DNA of 61,769 nt, filler included. It is 5 parts of 5 records of this genome, joined end to end, with 100 filler letters (N's around TTAATTAATTAA, not from the genome) between each part and the next. Parts side by side here need not be neighbours in the genome. Positions count along the whole stretch, not along the records: positions 19,968 to 35,446 come from SRR31147125_17685; positions 35,547 to 41,433 come from SRR31147125_17714; 3 more parts are not named here. One strand, written 5' to 3'. The notes under the pieces were generated by a model. The model worked only from the letters and a program-made list of their open reading frames with translations, was not told the origin of the DNA and did no database searches. Shown one piece after another: positions 32,201 through 41,533 of this stretch. Both the position numbers and the translations under genes were made by a program. Within the stretch, counting starts at the first letter, position 1. Each line of letters begins with the position of its first letter.

Positions 32201-32539
32201 ATCTAAAATAACGCCTATGGTCGAATATTTTTTATGTTGTTCATCAAAAAATTCTAAAGCAAGATGTGAAATAACATCACCATTTCTTAAATATTCTTTA
32301 TTTTCAGCACCAATACGACCTCTTACATAACCTTCAAGTGAACGTCTTGCATCATCAGTTGCTGCAATATTAAATTTTGCGCCACTACGACCACCTACAA
32401 GTAGATATTGAATGGCATCTAATAGTGTGGATTTTCCAGAGCCATTTTCACCTGACACAAGTGCACTATCTCTAATGTCAATGGTTTGATTTGCAAATAA
32501 ATGCCAATTTACCAATTTAATCTTCGTCAGTTTCTTCAT
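29264..32539 (-). CDS. jetC: SMC-family ATPase, Wadjet JetC / MksB type
   Basis: KLVNWHLF, Walker A GENGSGKSTLLDA, FN.AA..RSLEGYVRG, long coiled coils with hinge, LDYRNY, KSGGETQ signature, Walker B LFDEAF; 1091 aa. Confidence 0.9.
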   Translation of the reverse strand: MKKLTKIKLVNWHLFANQTIDIRDSALVSGENGSGKSTLLDAIQYLLVGGRSGAKFNIAATDDARRSLEGYVRGRIGAENKEYLRNGDVISHLALEFFDEQHKKYSTIGVILDLPKSGNLKERFYLLDNVSIHDSLFLDKKYPRDYKSMKAYLKTLDMDLSPFDSQRKYKSALARFFGMDATKYAKILPKALAFKSIDLQQFVFDFLLDDNPIDIQSLKNNVAQLKKVEAQIQFDKEKLEKLDQINQLGEDIILNKDQRDINQLVDQLNWIEKREAYIKDNEAKLVNIGKQLDYLREAKSQIDVQIDENDQAILNLERAKNDSDLSRTLQQYQEALRKKGAEFDQQKEVLQQLRQTLEKEFSTMKSLLTYVPNQSVKAFVNYYQTYSDKLEADELSMHLETLSSDVSALLQAYHTERDKVEREKQALSASINQTKGRIHQLRRHVKTYPFYVEKLMRTLNDELSNYYQKEVNVQPLCELIEVADEKWRNALEGYLGNQRFNIIVDPRYFNDALEIYDRVKFEQKIYGVGLVNTNKLDSYDEITEGMLSSKVSSEHRYARLYANMLLNGVACVDDVKDLKKYRRSITPSGMTYSNYTARQMNPKIYETPFIGQQATQIQLESESKILAQLEDQINHLYDLTDQQTRVVRLLNQSKSNQLVHQGQIRYLDLIKQTRREYAQIEDQVAALGKDQSLEQLEIQIEKAKNNRKDLRRQSDIIVGKITTQRDERQRIMDLVDDIQTKLDQFMVAQKELSQKHPEKLSIANTQFYALKQRYDGDHDKVSSYLSESSTALNSQIDRATYTLSSHMKQYNLDYHFSGEPNLDGLDTYEKEANKIRNNDLVRYEQEAIDLRKHSEIGFKEEFVGKLRASIENAQQQIAELNYALTDKTFGSDAYQLIYTASEDPDYKLYYDIIMSNQAIENHTLFTEGLSKRKETILSELFEKIASNSPEYDQLTYKFLDYRNYMSYDIEVTNLNGNKSLFSKVSREKSGGETQVPFYIVIAASFQQLLSKNRRMDAGCIVLFDEAFNNMDESRIDAMMKFYNSLSIQLIIAVPPQRVSNIIHYVNTSLVVVKDNDYAIVETFNDERVLGL

Positions 32540-33152
32540 CTGGTTTCACCCCTTCTACATAGCCTTCATACTTATCGACAACTTCTTTGATTGAATCATA
32601 ATTTGTAACATATAAAATCGTTGGGTATATTTTAATTCTTGCATCATCATGCAACCCTTTATCAATATAATCAATTAAATTATAATTTCTTAGAAAAGTA
32701 AGTGCTGGTTTAAGTCTATCTTTTGTAATACGTTTATGATCGAGGTAACCAATTCTTGTTAACTCTGAATGAATCTCATGCAAAAAGATTTCAACATCTT
32801 CATCTAATGTGACATAATCTTTTTTATGTTGATATAAAATTCTAAGTACAAGAATTAATATACTCTCAGTTTTTCTAAGTCTCATATGATTAAATAACTG
32901 CTCATTTTCGATGTAGACGACTTCAGTTTCTCTATGTATATTTAGTCTAAAATCTGCAAGCGCTAAATAGCTTTCAAAAACTTCTTTAAACGCTAAGATA
33001 AAACGATAATCATTGGTATCGCCAGGTTTTCTTTTTGTGATAAAGTTGACTTGGAATAGTTTATTAATAATACGTGATACATTATTCTTTTCACTTTCTT
33101 TTAAGTTTAAATAAGTATCACTTAATTGCATCATCGCTTGTTTTTTATTCAT
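32517..33152 (-). CDS. jetB: Wadjet JetB / MksE KITE subunit (DUF4194-like)
   Basis: ESILILVLRILY, LTFLRNYNLI, IKIYPTI; 211 aa; overlaps both jetA and jetC. Confidence 0.8.
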   Translation of the reverse strand: MNKKQAMMQLSDTYLNLKESEKNNVSRIINKLFQVNFITKRKPGDTNDYRFILAFKEVFESYLALADFRLNIHRETEVVYIENEQLFNHMRLRKTESILILVLRILYQHKKDYVTLDEDVEIFLHEIHSELTRIGYLDHKRITKDRLKPALTFLRNYNLIDYIDKGLHDDARIKIYPTILYVTNYDSIKEVVDKYEGYVEGVKPDEETDED

Positions 33153-34530
33153 AAGATTTCCCCTTTATAATGAAGTTTTGGAAAGTTACATAGTTGTTTT
33201 TAACTGTTTGCCCAGTTAAATGAACATCATAGTGCATACCTACCGATTTAGAATATAAGAAAATCAATATTAATTTTACATAATCTTCTTGTGTATCTAT
33301 ATTGATATCTTTTGCTTCAATCTCTTTTTGTTTACCAAGAAGAGATTTCACATACATATCAATTTCTTTTTTACCAAAGATATTATTCTTAAGCAATGCT
33401 TTGATTTTTTGTGATCGCATTTCCTCACTAATAAATCCTTGATCAAATGTGATTTCTTCTGCTTGTGTATCTATTCTTTGACGTCTTTTTGAGTATAGTG
33501 ATTGCGTATCTAGATTTCTAGATTGCGTGATGTGAAATAACTTCGTATAATCAAATGAATCATCCTTTAAGACAATTTGGAATAATCGATTGAATATCCC
33601 TTCAATATCATCTGATTGATTTGTTAAGAATAAAATCTTAGATGCTGCAGCTGTGACATATTGCTCATTTTTCTTGTCAATCGATAAGATTAAATATTCT
33701 AACGCATTAAAACTATCTGATATATATCTCAGTTTATCTTCAACATAATTAAATGCTTCGTTATAATCTTCTAAACGCTTTTTATACATCGTGATTTTTG
33801 CAAGTTCATCCATCATATCTTCGTTATGAATAATATTAGAAACTCTTTCTAATATCCCACGCTTGTAGCGTGATAGACTATCTGTTGTTTTTAAATTATA
33901 ATATGCTGAATCAAAGAAGTTTTGTTTATACTCAATTAACAATTTTTCTAGCAAATCATGAAGATCATCTTTTGATCTTTTTGTTGTAATATCATAATAA
34001 AACCTGTATATATTTGCTTTTAATGCTTTTAACTTTCTAATAATGTCGCTTGTTTTTAAAGTTGCTTGTTCTAATACACCAAGACCTTCTTCTATAGAAA
34101 AAGAATCCAATAGTGAAAATACTGTATATATTTCACCTGTATATTCGTTTTGTGTATTATTTTGAATACGTATTAGTGTATCAATTAATTGAATAGCATA
34201 GTCAAAAAGGTTAAGTGATGTCTTATAATCACCTAACTCTTCTTCGCCTAACCATCCAGTTGATTTTAATACTGAAATGACATGAACTGCTTTTTGTCTT
34301 GCTGTATGGGCAAGTTCGCCTTCTTCAACATCATCAAATAATTCTTCTGCACGATCATCAAAATAATCTATAAGTTTTTGAACAATATATTCTCTATCCC
34401 CTTGGAAAGCATCCTCAATACTATCTACTGCATGAAAAATAACTAATATGCAGTCAATATATATTTCTTTATTTGGGGAGGCAAGGACACTGAAAAAATT
34501 AGACGGTAATCTATCAAACAAATGTGCCAT
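33145..34530 (-). CDS. jetA: Wadjet JetA / MksF kleisin (DUF5716-like)
   Basis: LFDRLPSNFFSVLASPNKEIY N-terminus, L..TGWL, YYNLKT; first gene of the overlapping triplet; SD GGAGG. Confidence 0.8.
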   Translation of the reverse strand: MAHLFDRLPSNFFSVLASPNKEIYIDCILVIFHAVDSIEDAFQGDREYIVQKLIDYFDDRAEELFDDVEEGELAHTARQKAVHVISVLKSTGWLGEEELGDYKTSLNLFDYAIQLIDTLIRIQNNTQNEYTGEIYTVFSLLDSFSIEEGLGVLEQATLKTSDIIRKLKALKANIYRFYYDITTKRSKDDLHDLLEKLLIEYKQNFFDSAYYNLKTTDSLSRYKRGILERVSNIIHNEDMMDELAKITMYKKRLEDYNEAFNYVEDKLRYISDSFNALEYLILSIDKKNEQYVTAAASKILFLTNQSDDIEGIFNRLFQIVLKDDSFDYTKLFHITQSRNLDTQSLYSKRRQRIDTQAEEITFDQGFISEEMRSQKIKALLKNNIFGKKEIDMYVKSLLGKQKEIEAKDINIDTQEDYVKLILIFLYSKSVGMHYDVHLTGQTVKNNYVTFQNFIIKGKSYE

Positions 34531-34577
34531 TTTTTCCTCCTTATTTTATAAATAAAATAACTTTATATATCATTACT

Positions 34578-34606
34578 ATTGTATCATGTTTGCAATATAT
34601 TTACTA
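34578..34606 (-). promoter_or_regulatory. Putative sigma-A promoter of the jet operon
   Basis: Extended -10 TGATACAAT (34586-34578) with weak -35 TAGTAA at 17-nt spacing. Confidence 0.5.
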
Positions 34607-34646
34607 TTTATGACGATCTTTTTCTATTTAAAATACATCTAAATAT

Positions 34647-34680
34647 AAAAAAACAAACGATAAATATATATTTATCGTTT
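34647..34680 (-). terminator. Terminator separating the DsbA-family gene from jetA
   Basis: AAACGATAAATA-TA-TATTTATCGTTT palindrome followed by G and a T7 run on the minus strand. Confidence 0.65.
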
Positions 34681-35324
34681 TAATGAATACGTTTTCTGCT
34701 ACAATTTTCACCAATGCAATGTTCATTTTGCTTTTTAGATGTGTGCTGACGCAGTGCATCTAGAATGATATCACTTGTCTGTAGTCCTTCTAATTTAATG
34801 CCCCGATTGATTCTTAAAAACGGTAATGATTCTACACCTTTTAGCAAGCCATTTTCTTTATTTGAAATTACAGCATCGCTATATAAATTAGAACAAATCA
34901 CTTGATTAACTTTGTCTTCTGATAATCCAACAGCAAGACTCAGTGTTCTAAGTTCATGAACAAAAGATAGATCAATTCTATCCTCATACATAGCTTTAAA
35001 TACTGCTTTGTTAAAAGCGTATGATTTCTTTTCTTTTTTTGCTAAGTGTGCCATTTTATGGACATTATGGATGGGAAATAATCTGATTTCTAAATTTGTG
35101 TCTCTTAAAAAATCAACGACTTCATCTTTTGGTAGATGTTTGTATTTTGAAATGAAATCTACAAATGCTAAGCCTTGGTCAAATTCATTTTCATCAACCA
35201 TTTCAAAGCTTCTATATATAATATCATGTTGACTAATTTGCTTTTGATTAATCATATGTTCTAATGTTTTATGTTGTAAATAACATTTAGGACATAAATA
35301 ATCAAGATAAAATTCTATTTGCAT
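34680..35324 (-). CDS. DsbA/FrnE-family thioredoxin-fold protein
   Basis: IEFYLDYLCPKCY, YRSFE, GVESLPF, C-terminal CIGENC. Confidence 0.8.
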   Translation of the reverse strand: MQIEFYLDYLCPKCYLQHKTLEHMINQKQISQHDIIYRSFEMVDENEFDQGLAFVDFISKYKHLPKDEVVDFLRDTNLEIRLFPIHNVHKMAHLAKKEKKSYAFNKAVFKAMYEDRIDLSFVHELRTLSLAVGLSEDKVNQVICSNLYSDAVISNKENGLLKGVESLPFLRINRGIKLEGLQTSDIILDALRQHTSKKQNEHCIGENCSRKRIH

Positions 35325-35394
35325 AAAAACACACCCTTTATTATTCATTGATATTCTATCAATAAAAGGGTGTGTAATTCAATTCATTTACATT

Positions 35395-35446
35395 TTAATT
35401 TTCAGTATCAATCATATTTTTAATCTTCTCGCTTGAAAATCCTTTT
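35395..35446 (-). CDS. 3' end of a truncated gene, possibly RecX
   Basis: KGFSSEKIKNMIDTEN-stop resembles the RecX C-terminal RKGF..E.I helix; only 16 residues visible. Confidence 0.25.
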
Positions 35447-35546
35447 NNNNNNNNNNNNNNNNNNNNNNNNNNNNNNNNNNNNNNNNNNNNTTAATTAATT
35501 AANNNNNNNNNNNNNNNNNNNNNNNNNNNNNNNNNNNNNNNNNNNN
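35447..35546. other. Artificial contig-joining spacer
   Basis: N44-TTAATTAATTAA-N44. Confidence 0.98.
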
Positions 35547-37071
35547 AAAAAAAGGGTTACGACTTGCCTGTATGGCGATTCCATCCGAAGATACCGCCAT
35601 CGAGCTTCTGGATAATTACGTCTATGAAAAAGGAAGCCGAAATCAAGGCCGGATTTTAGCCGGAAACAGTGAGAATAAAAATGAAACCGTTGCAGTTTCT
35701 CCAGCAATTCGAATCGAGAGAGAGGAACCAACCGACGGCTCATCTACCAACACGGATCCTCCCCCATATCGACTTTTTTTAGATCGAGCAGATGCATCGG
35801 TTCCACTGACAGAATGGGATACCTCCAAAAGCCCCAAAGGCGTGGCCATTGATATCGGTACAACCACCATGGTGCTCAGTCTGGTGGATCTTGTCACCGG
35901 TAAAGTATTGGCTTCGGAATCGAGCCTCAATCCCCAGGTGATACACGGTCACGACGTTTTGAGTCGTATCCAGCATGCTTCCGAGGAAAAGGGACTTACC
36001 GAACTGGCGTCCCTGGTTCAAAACAAACTTAACGAACTGATCGAAGCAACCTGCGCTCGCTCAAATGTCAACAAAAACGAGATTTTAGATATCACCGTAG
36101 GCGCCAATACCACCATGCTGGAGCTGGCTGCCGTCATCGATCCCACGCCTTTGGGTCATCTTCCATTTAAAGTGGACATCAAAGGGGGGACGAACTATCC
36201 GGCCACCCGATTCGGCCTTCAGGTTCACCCCCAAGCTCAAGTTTATGTCCCACCGGTCATGCACGCTTTTGTAGGATCGGATATCAGTGCCGGTCTTCTT
36301 CTCTGCCCGGAATTTTTTGATGACGACAAATCAATTCTCTATTTGGACATGGGCACCAATGGCGAAATCGGCCTAAATGTAAAAGGCAACCGCCTCACCA
36401 CCTCCACCGCTGCAGGTCCTGCGTTTGAAGGCATGGGGCTCTCCACTGGAATGCGGGCTACGGATGGAGCTGTTGAGAAGGTAGAAACGAAGGATAATCG
36501 ATTGACTTTCCAGATCATTGGTGGCGGAAAGGCCAGGGGCATCTGCGGCAGCGGTATTGTCGACTTCATTGCCGCTCTGCTTTCGGAAGGCTTCCTCAAT
36601 CCCTCGGGCAAGCTGACTTCCAGGGGAGATGACGCCTGTCCGGTGGTGGACATCGATGGGCAACCGGCGTTCCGATATGGGGAAGATGTGCATTTGACCC
36701 AGAAGGATATCCGGCAAATTCAGCTGGCAAAGGGCGCCGTCCGTACCGGAATCGATCTCATCCTGGAGAAGGCCGGCATCACTTGTGACGAATTGGATAA
36801 AATATACATCGCCGGAGGATTCGGATATCACCTGAACCCGGTCAACATGGAAAAAATCGGTCTGCTTCCGGATCAGGCTGGGGCAAAAGTGATCTTTTGC
36901 GGAAATGCCTCCATTGACGGCAGTATGCGACTACTTCAAAACGGATCCCAGAGAGCCTTCCTTGAGGGAGCACTCAATGACATGGAACATGTCCAGCTGG
37001 CAGACTCTCCAAAATTTATGGATTGTTTTGTAACGAGTTTGAATTTCCCACTCACAACATTGGAAAATTGA
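35547..37071 (+). CDS. ASKHA-domain reductive activator of corrinoid proteins (RACo/RamA-like, DUF4445), 5' truncated
   Basis: Frame extends upstream as KGLRLAC (end of a 2Fe-2S domain); AIDIGTTT, GHDVLSRI, FVGSDI, DMGTNGEI, AAGPAFEG, GICGSG, QLAKGA, AGGFG. Confidence 0.9.
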
Positions 37072-37073
37072 TT

Positions 37074-37781
37074 ATGCAGACAGAAATCGCCCCGGTTATC
37101 ATCGCCTGCGGCTCATTGACCCACGAATTTGAATCTCTGATACGGCCGGATCATCCGGTTCGAATCACCTATTTGGACACGGATCTTCACCGAACGCCGG
37201 TTCGGATTCCGGAAATTCTTCAAAAAGAGATCGATCAGATTGATGGAAAAATCTCCAACGATGCAGACGATCTCAATGGAAACAAGCCTCCCATTATCAT
37301 TGGATACGGATTATGCTCCAATGCCGTGGTGGGTATTACAGCTCTAAAACGTCCCCTTGTCATCCCCCGAGTTCATGATTGCCTGGATCTTTTTTTGGGT
37401 TTCATGGGTAAGGGGAGGCGTCGATCCGACAGCAACACCCGCCACTATTATCTGACACCGGGCACCCTTCTCAACCGGAAGGATCCGTACAGCATCATGA
37501 CCCATGAATACACCCCTAAAATGGGAGAAAAGACAGCGCAGTGGGGGATGAAAGAGGAGCTGAAGCATTACACCCACTTTGATCTTATCACCACGGTAAG
37601 AGATGACATGGAAGAAATCAGAAAGGCTGCACAAATCAATGCCGATTTTTTTGACATGGAATTGAACGAAATTGCCAGCGATCTTAGCTGTCTGGAAAAA
37701 ATATTGTACGGCCCCCATGACGATCACAGGTTTATTCGGGTTGAGCCGGGTAAAACCGTTGAACAGGGGCTGTTCATCTGA
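37074..37781 (+). CDS. DUF1638 domain protein
   Basis: IIACG, LH..P, GYGLCSN, PRVHDCL, YYLTPG; typical partner of RACo genes. Confidence 0.85.
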   Translation: MQTEIAPVIIACGSLTHEFESLIRPDHPVRITYLDTDLHRTPVRIPEILQKEIDQIDGKISNDADDLNGNKPPIIIGYGLCSNAVVGITALKRPLVIPRVHDCLDLFLGFMGKGRRRSDSNTRHYYLTPGTLLNRKDPYSIMTHEYTPKMGEKTAQWGMKEELKHYTHFDLITTVRDDMEEIRKAAQINADFFDMELNEIASDLSCLEKILYGPHDDHRFIRVEPGKTVEQGLFI

Positions 37782-37826
37782 AAAATTTACTCTCAACGTC
37801 TATCAACGTCAACGGAAGCACCTTAA

Positions 37827-37864
37827 GCGGGATTTGACCGTCTCACTGAATCCCGCACTTTTTT
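37827..37864 (+). terminator. Rho-independent terminator
   Basis: GCGGGATT...AATCCCGC followed by ACTTTTTT. Confidence 0.6.
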
Positions 37865-38052
37865 TACTACCGGTTTCGCGACACGCGCCCCCTCTTTTTA
37901 CCAATCATTTTATCCCTGAATATTCTTTGTCAACTCACTTTTTAGTGGTATATCCACACAAGTGTTGATATAATACAAATATTTTTGCACATTCGGAGAA
38001 AAGTAATTTGATATCGACAGTTGCCCAACTACCTAATGGTGGAGATAAAATC

Positions 38053-39713
38053 GTGTCCAAATCATCCTTTGATTTGTTTAAGTCCTTTGCCGGAGAGCTG
38101 GATCCTCAAATTCTTCAAAAAAATTCCTCCACTCATTACTGAAACTTCAAAATGTCCGACGTGGTTCCATTTGGATTAAAAAAGATAAGCATTATCACTG
38201 CATTGAAGCGGCTGGGACGGAAAAAGATGCCATTCTCGGAATCGATATTTCCAGCGATCAAACCAGTATCGTGGGATGGGTCATTGAAAATGGGCAACGG
38301 ACCATTGCCGAACCCCAAAGCGATGACCGACATTTTAAAGAACTGGAAGATAATCTTGCAATTAAAAGCAGCTTAATTCTCTGTTTCCCCTTACTTCTAC
38401 AAGATAAGACCGTCTATGGCGCCGTCCAGATCATTGACACCACACCACCGGAAAAGAGCCGTGTCAATCTGGATGATGAGTATCTTAACTATATTCAAAA
38501 TCTGGTGGATATCGGTTCAGTGGCACTGGGAAATGCCATCCAGTTCCATCGTCAGGTCAAGGAAACGGAGTCACTGAAAGAGACGTTGTACCAACTTCAA
38601 AAGAAGAACGATCTCATCGGTCACAGCAAAGCATTCCAACAATGTCTTACCCTGGCCCACAACTATGCTCGGTCAGACCTTCATGTGCTGATCACCGGGG
38701 AGAGCGGTACGGGTAAAGAGCTGATCGCCAATGAAATTCATCGGACGGGCTCTCGAAGTGATCAGCCGTTTCTGGTTCAAAACTGCAGTGCCATCCCGGA
38801 GACGTTATTGGAAAGTGAACTGTTCGGCTACAAGAAGGGAGCCTTCTCAGGCGCACAAAAAGATAAAAAGGGACTTTTTGAAGCCGCCAACGGTGGGACG
38901 GTCTTTTTGGATGAAATCGGAGATATGCCTTTCAACATCCAGGCTGCGATTTTACGCGTCCTTCAAAATAACGAGATTAAACCGGTCGGCTCAAACAAAG
39001 TGGTTCATGTGGATGTCAGAATCATTGCCGCAACCCATAGAGACATCAAGCGGATGATCACGGCAAATCGATTTCGTCGGGATCTTTATTATCGACTCTC
39101 AGTACTCCCATTACGCCTTCCGCCACTGAGGGAGCGTCGGGAAGATATCCCTCATCTGATCAGGCATTTTCTAAAGCAGGAAAGCCTGAGCACGGGATTA
39201 ACGGAAAAACGGCTCAAAGCGGATGCCATGCACAAGCTCATCACATGGACGTGGCCGGGAAATATTCGGGAGCTTGAAAATCTCATAAAATACTTGACGG
39301 TTGCGGTGATCGGTGACGAAATCGACGCGGATGATATCCCATCTCATTTTTTCGAACTTTCATCCGGCGACGCTATTTCTTCTGTTGGAGATCCCAGAGC
39401 GTTGTCTCGGCAGACGTATTCCCTTAGCAATCATGAAAATCCGCAAATGACGCCCCATGGGGCACTCCACAGCGCCGACCAAGCGGGTTATCCGGATGGA
39501 ATCAATGCAAGTGCGCAACCACCCGGTCAAAGGGATATTGATTTCGGAAATCTATCGTGGCAGGAAGCTGAATCGTGCTACATCCATTTCATTCTCAACA
39601 AAAATAATTGGAATGTCACATGGGCCGCAAAACAGGCGGGCCTCAATCGCTCCACATTTGCATCTCGAATGAGGCGTTTGGGGATCAAAAGAGCTGAACG
39701 AAGAGTTACATAA
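38053..39713 (+). CDS. GAF-domain sigma54-dependent transcriptional activator; frameshift in an A7 run near 38120
   Basis: GTG start after GGAG, GAF (SIVGWVIENG, LCFPL), GESGTGKE, ESELFGYKKGAFSGA, WPGNIRELEN, HTH. Confidence 0.88.
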
Positions 39714-40184
39714 AATAAAATCCTAATTGTTTATTGTAAGCTTCGTCCAAAAATTCACAACCAATGGATTGGGTTTTTACAGACCGAACCACCGCTCTTT
39801 TATGTATTTCATCCGCATTTTTATTATCCAGAACAAACTCCAATGTCACAATGTCACCGACCTCTATCTGGTTCAAATACTGTCGATGCACAAACACAAA
39901 CTCAACTCCTGCCCCACCCAGTGAAATATCTTTGATAATCACATCACTGAGTAGCTTTCTTTTTTCTATCAAGCAAGATCCAAGTAAAAATACATTTTTC
40001 CTGATAAAATGCCTATACTCGAGTTGGAGCTCATACCCCTCACCACATTTGCATTTTACGTTTAACTTTTTTTATTTTGTTTCACATAGACAGAAGCATC
40101 CAACTTCTTTTCAAATCCGCAATGGGGGCATAGGTAAACGGCAATTCCATCGTCATTGACATAACTTTTCAGGATATTATCCAT
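39706..40184 (-). CDS. Zn-ribbon + PilZ protein, copy 1; frameshift near 40070
   Basis: CPHCG...CKCG then RHFIR (RxxxR) and DISLGG (DxSxxG); ends KQLGFYFM. Confidence 0.8.
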
Positions 40185-40254
40185 ATTGCATTCCTTTCAC
40201 CACGATGAGCCGGATTTAATTTTTCACCCATTATGGTCAATCCCCATTGAAGTT

Positions 40255-40300
40255 CATGAACAACTCCAGCCCAACAACATGAACAACTCCAGCCCAACAA
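40255..40300. repeat. Perfect 23-bp tandem duplication
   Basis: CATGAACAACTCCAGCCCAACAA twice, no spacer. Confidence 0.9.
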
Positions 40301-40342
40301 ATTGATAAACAGGTCGGTATCTGTAAAATGTCAACCATCGAT

Positions 40343-40854
40343 TTAACTCATTATATAAAAGCCCAACTGTTTCGTGTAATTTTCATCATCGAATTCTGCC
40401 CCAACAAACAATTTTCTCACAGACCGAATGATGCAATCTCTCGCAATAAGAGTCCCTTTTGCATCATCCAAGACAAACTCAACTTTCAGCCCATCCCCCT
40501 GATCGAAATTTTGTACGGTCTTTCTATCTCCAAACATGAACTCAATTCCGATCCCCTGCTGCGACAAATCCTTTACGAGGATATCATGCTTCTGTTTGGT
40601 TTTTCTAACGGTACACGTCCCAATTATATTGACCTGCTTTCGAATATACCGTCGAAACTCGATCTGTATTTCAGAAGGTTTCCCGCATTTGCATTTGATC
40701 TTGACATTTTTTTCTTCCCTTTAAATGAAGAAGCATCAAATCGTTTTTCAAACCCGCAATAAGGACAGATAAAAGTGGCTTGATTATTTTCATCCACATA
40801 TACTTTTAACATGGTTGTATTAAAATCTGTAACCCTCTTTTCTTTCATCCACAC
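40343..40854 (-). CDS. Zn-ribbon + PilZ protein, copy 2; frameshift near 40710
   Basis: CPYCG...CKCG then RRYIR and DLSQQG; ends KQLGFYIMS. Confidence 0.8.
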
Positions 40855-41019
40855 TCATTTTTCAACAACAGCACAATCCCCAAAAATCGTTCACTTGTCA
40901 TACCACCCCTGTGCTGTTCTGTCGAGACTCCCTCATCAGACCATCAGAAATTAATTCCAACAAAATTATAGGCATCTTTCATATCACTTCAAAAGAAGTT
41001 TACACTTTTCTGAAAACTC

Positions 41020-41100
41020 TTGAACCATGATTAAAAGGATTTAAAGATGAACATGATAAAAATCAAGATAAATCAGTTAATCATGACCATCATGGTTCAA
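41020..41100. repeat. Intergenic palindromic (REP-like) element
   Basis: 12-bp terminal IR TTGAACCATGAT/ATCATGGTTCAA with internal GAT and ATC units at about 9-nt spacing. Confidence 0.55.
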
Positions 41101-41433
41101 AACAGTGTAAATTGATAAATAAAAGATGCCCCAAATTAATGCAGCATTTCAATTCCACAATATCATTGAACATTTTCTTTGAGTATTTCCTTATATACGG
41201 CAGACAATCAAAAGATACATTAGATAAAAATTTTATCTTTTCAATGCATATAAATATCAAACCAAAAAATCAGAACCATGTTATTATTACGTATGCTAGC
41301 AAACATGATGTAAAAACACTATCTTTTTCACCAAACAGTCAAAAACATAAATGACATCACTGTGACTATGGGGCATTTAGTCCAAAATATTTTATATGAA
41401 AGTCTGCGGAAACCGCAGAAAACTTTCATCTTT

Positions 41434-41533
41434 NNNNNNNNNNNNNNNNNNNNNNNNNNNNNNNNNNNNNNNNNNNNTTAATTAATTAANNNNNNNNNNN
41501 NNNNNNNNNNNNNNNNNNNNNNNNNNNNNNNNN
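41434..41533. other. Artificial contig-joining spacer
   Basis: N44-TTAATTAATTAA-N44. Confidence 0.98.

Noticed and set aside
34680-35348. Upstream gene as the missing jetD
   Set aside because: Thioredoxin-fold CxxC protein with no Toprim motifs, separated from jetA by a terminator
19968-35446. Genetic code 4 (UGA=Trp) in the Mollicutes-like contig
   Set aside because: Long ORFs are intact under code 11, conserved Trp residues use TGG, and TGA ends the amidohydrolase at its terminator
40255-40300. 23-bp repeat as a CRISPR array
   Set aside because: Two adjacent copies, no spacer, no cas genes
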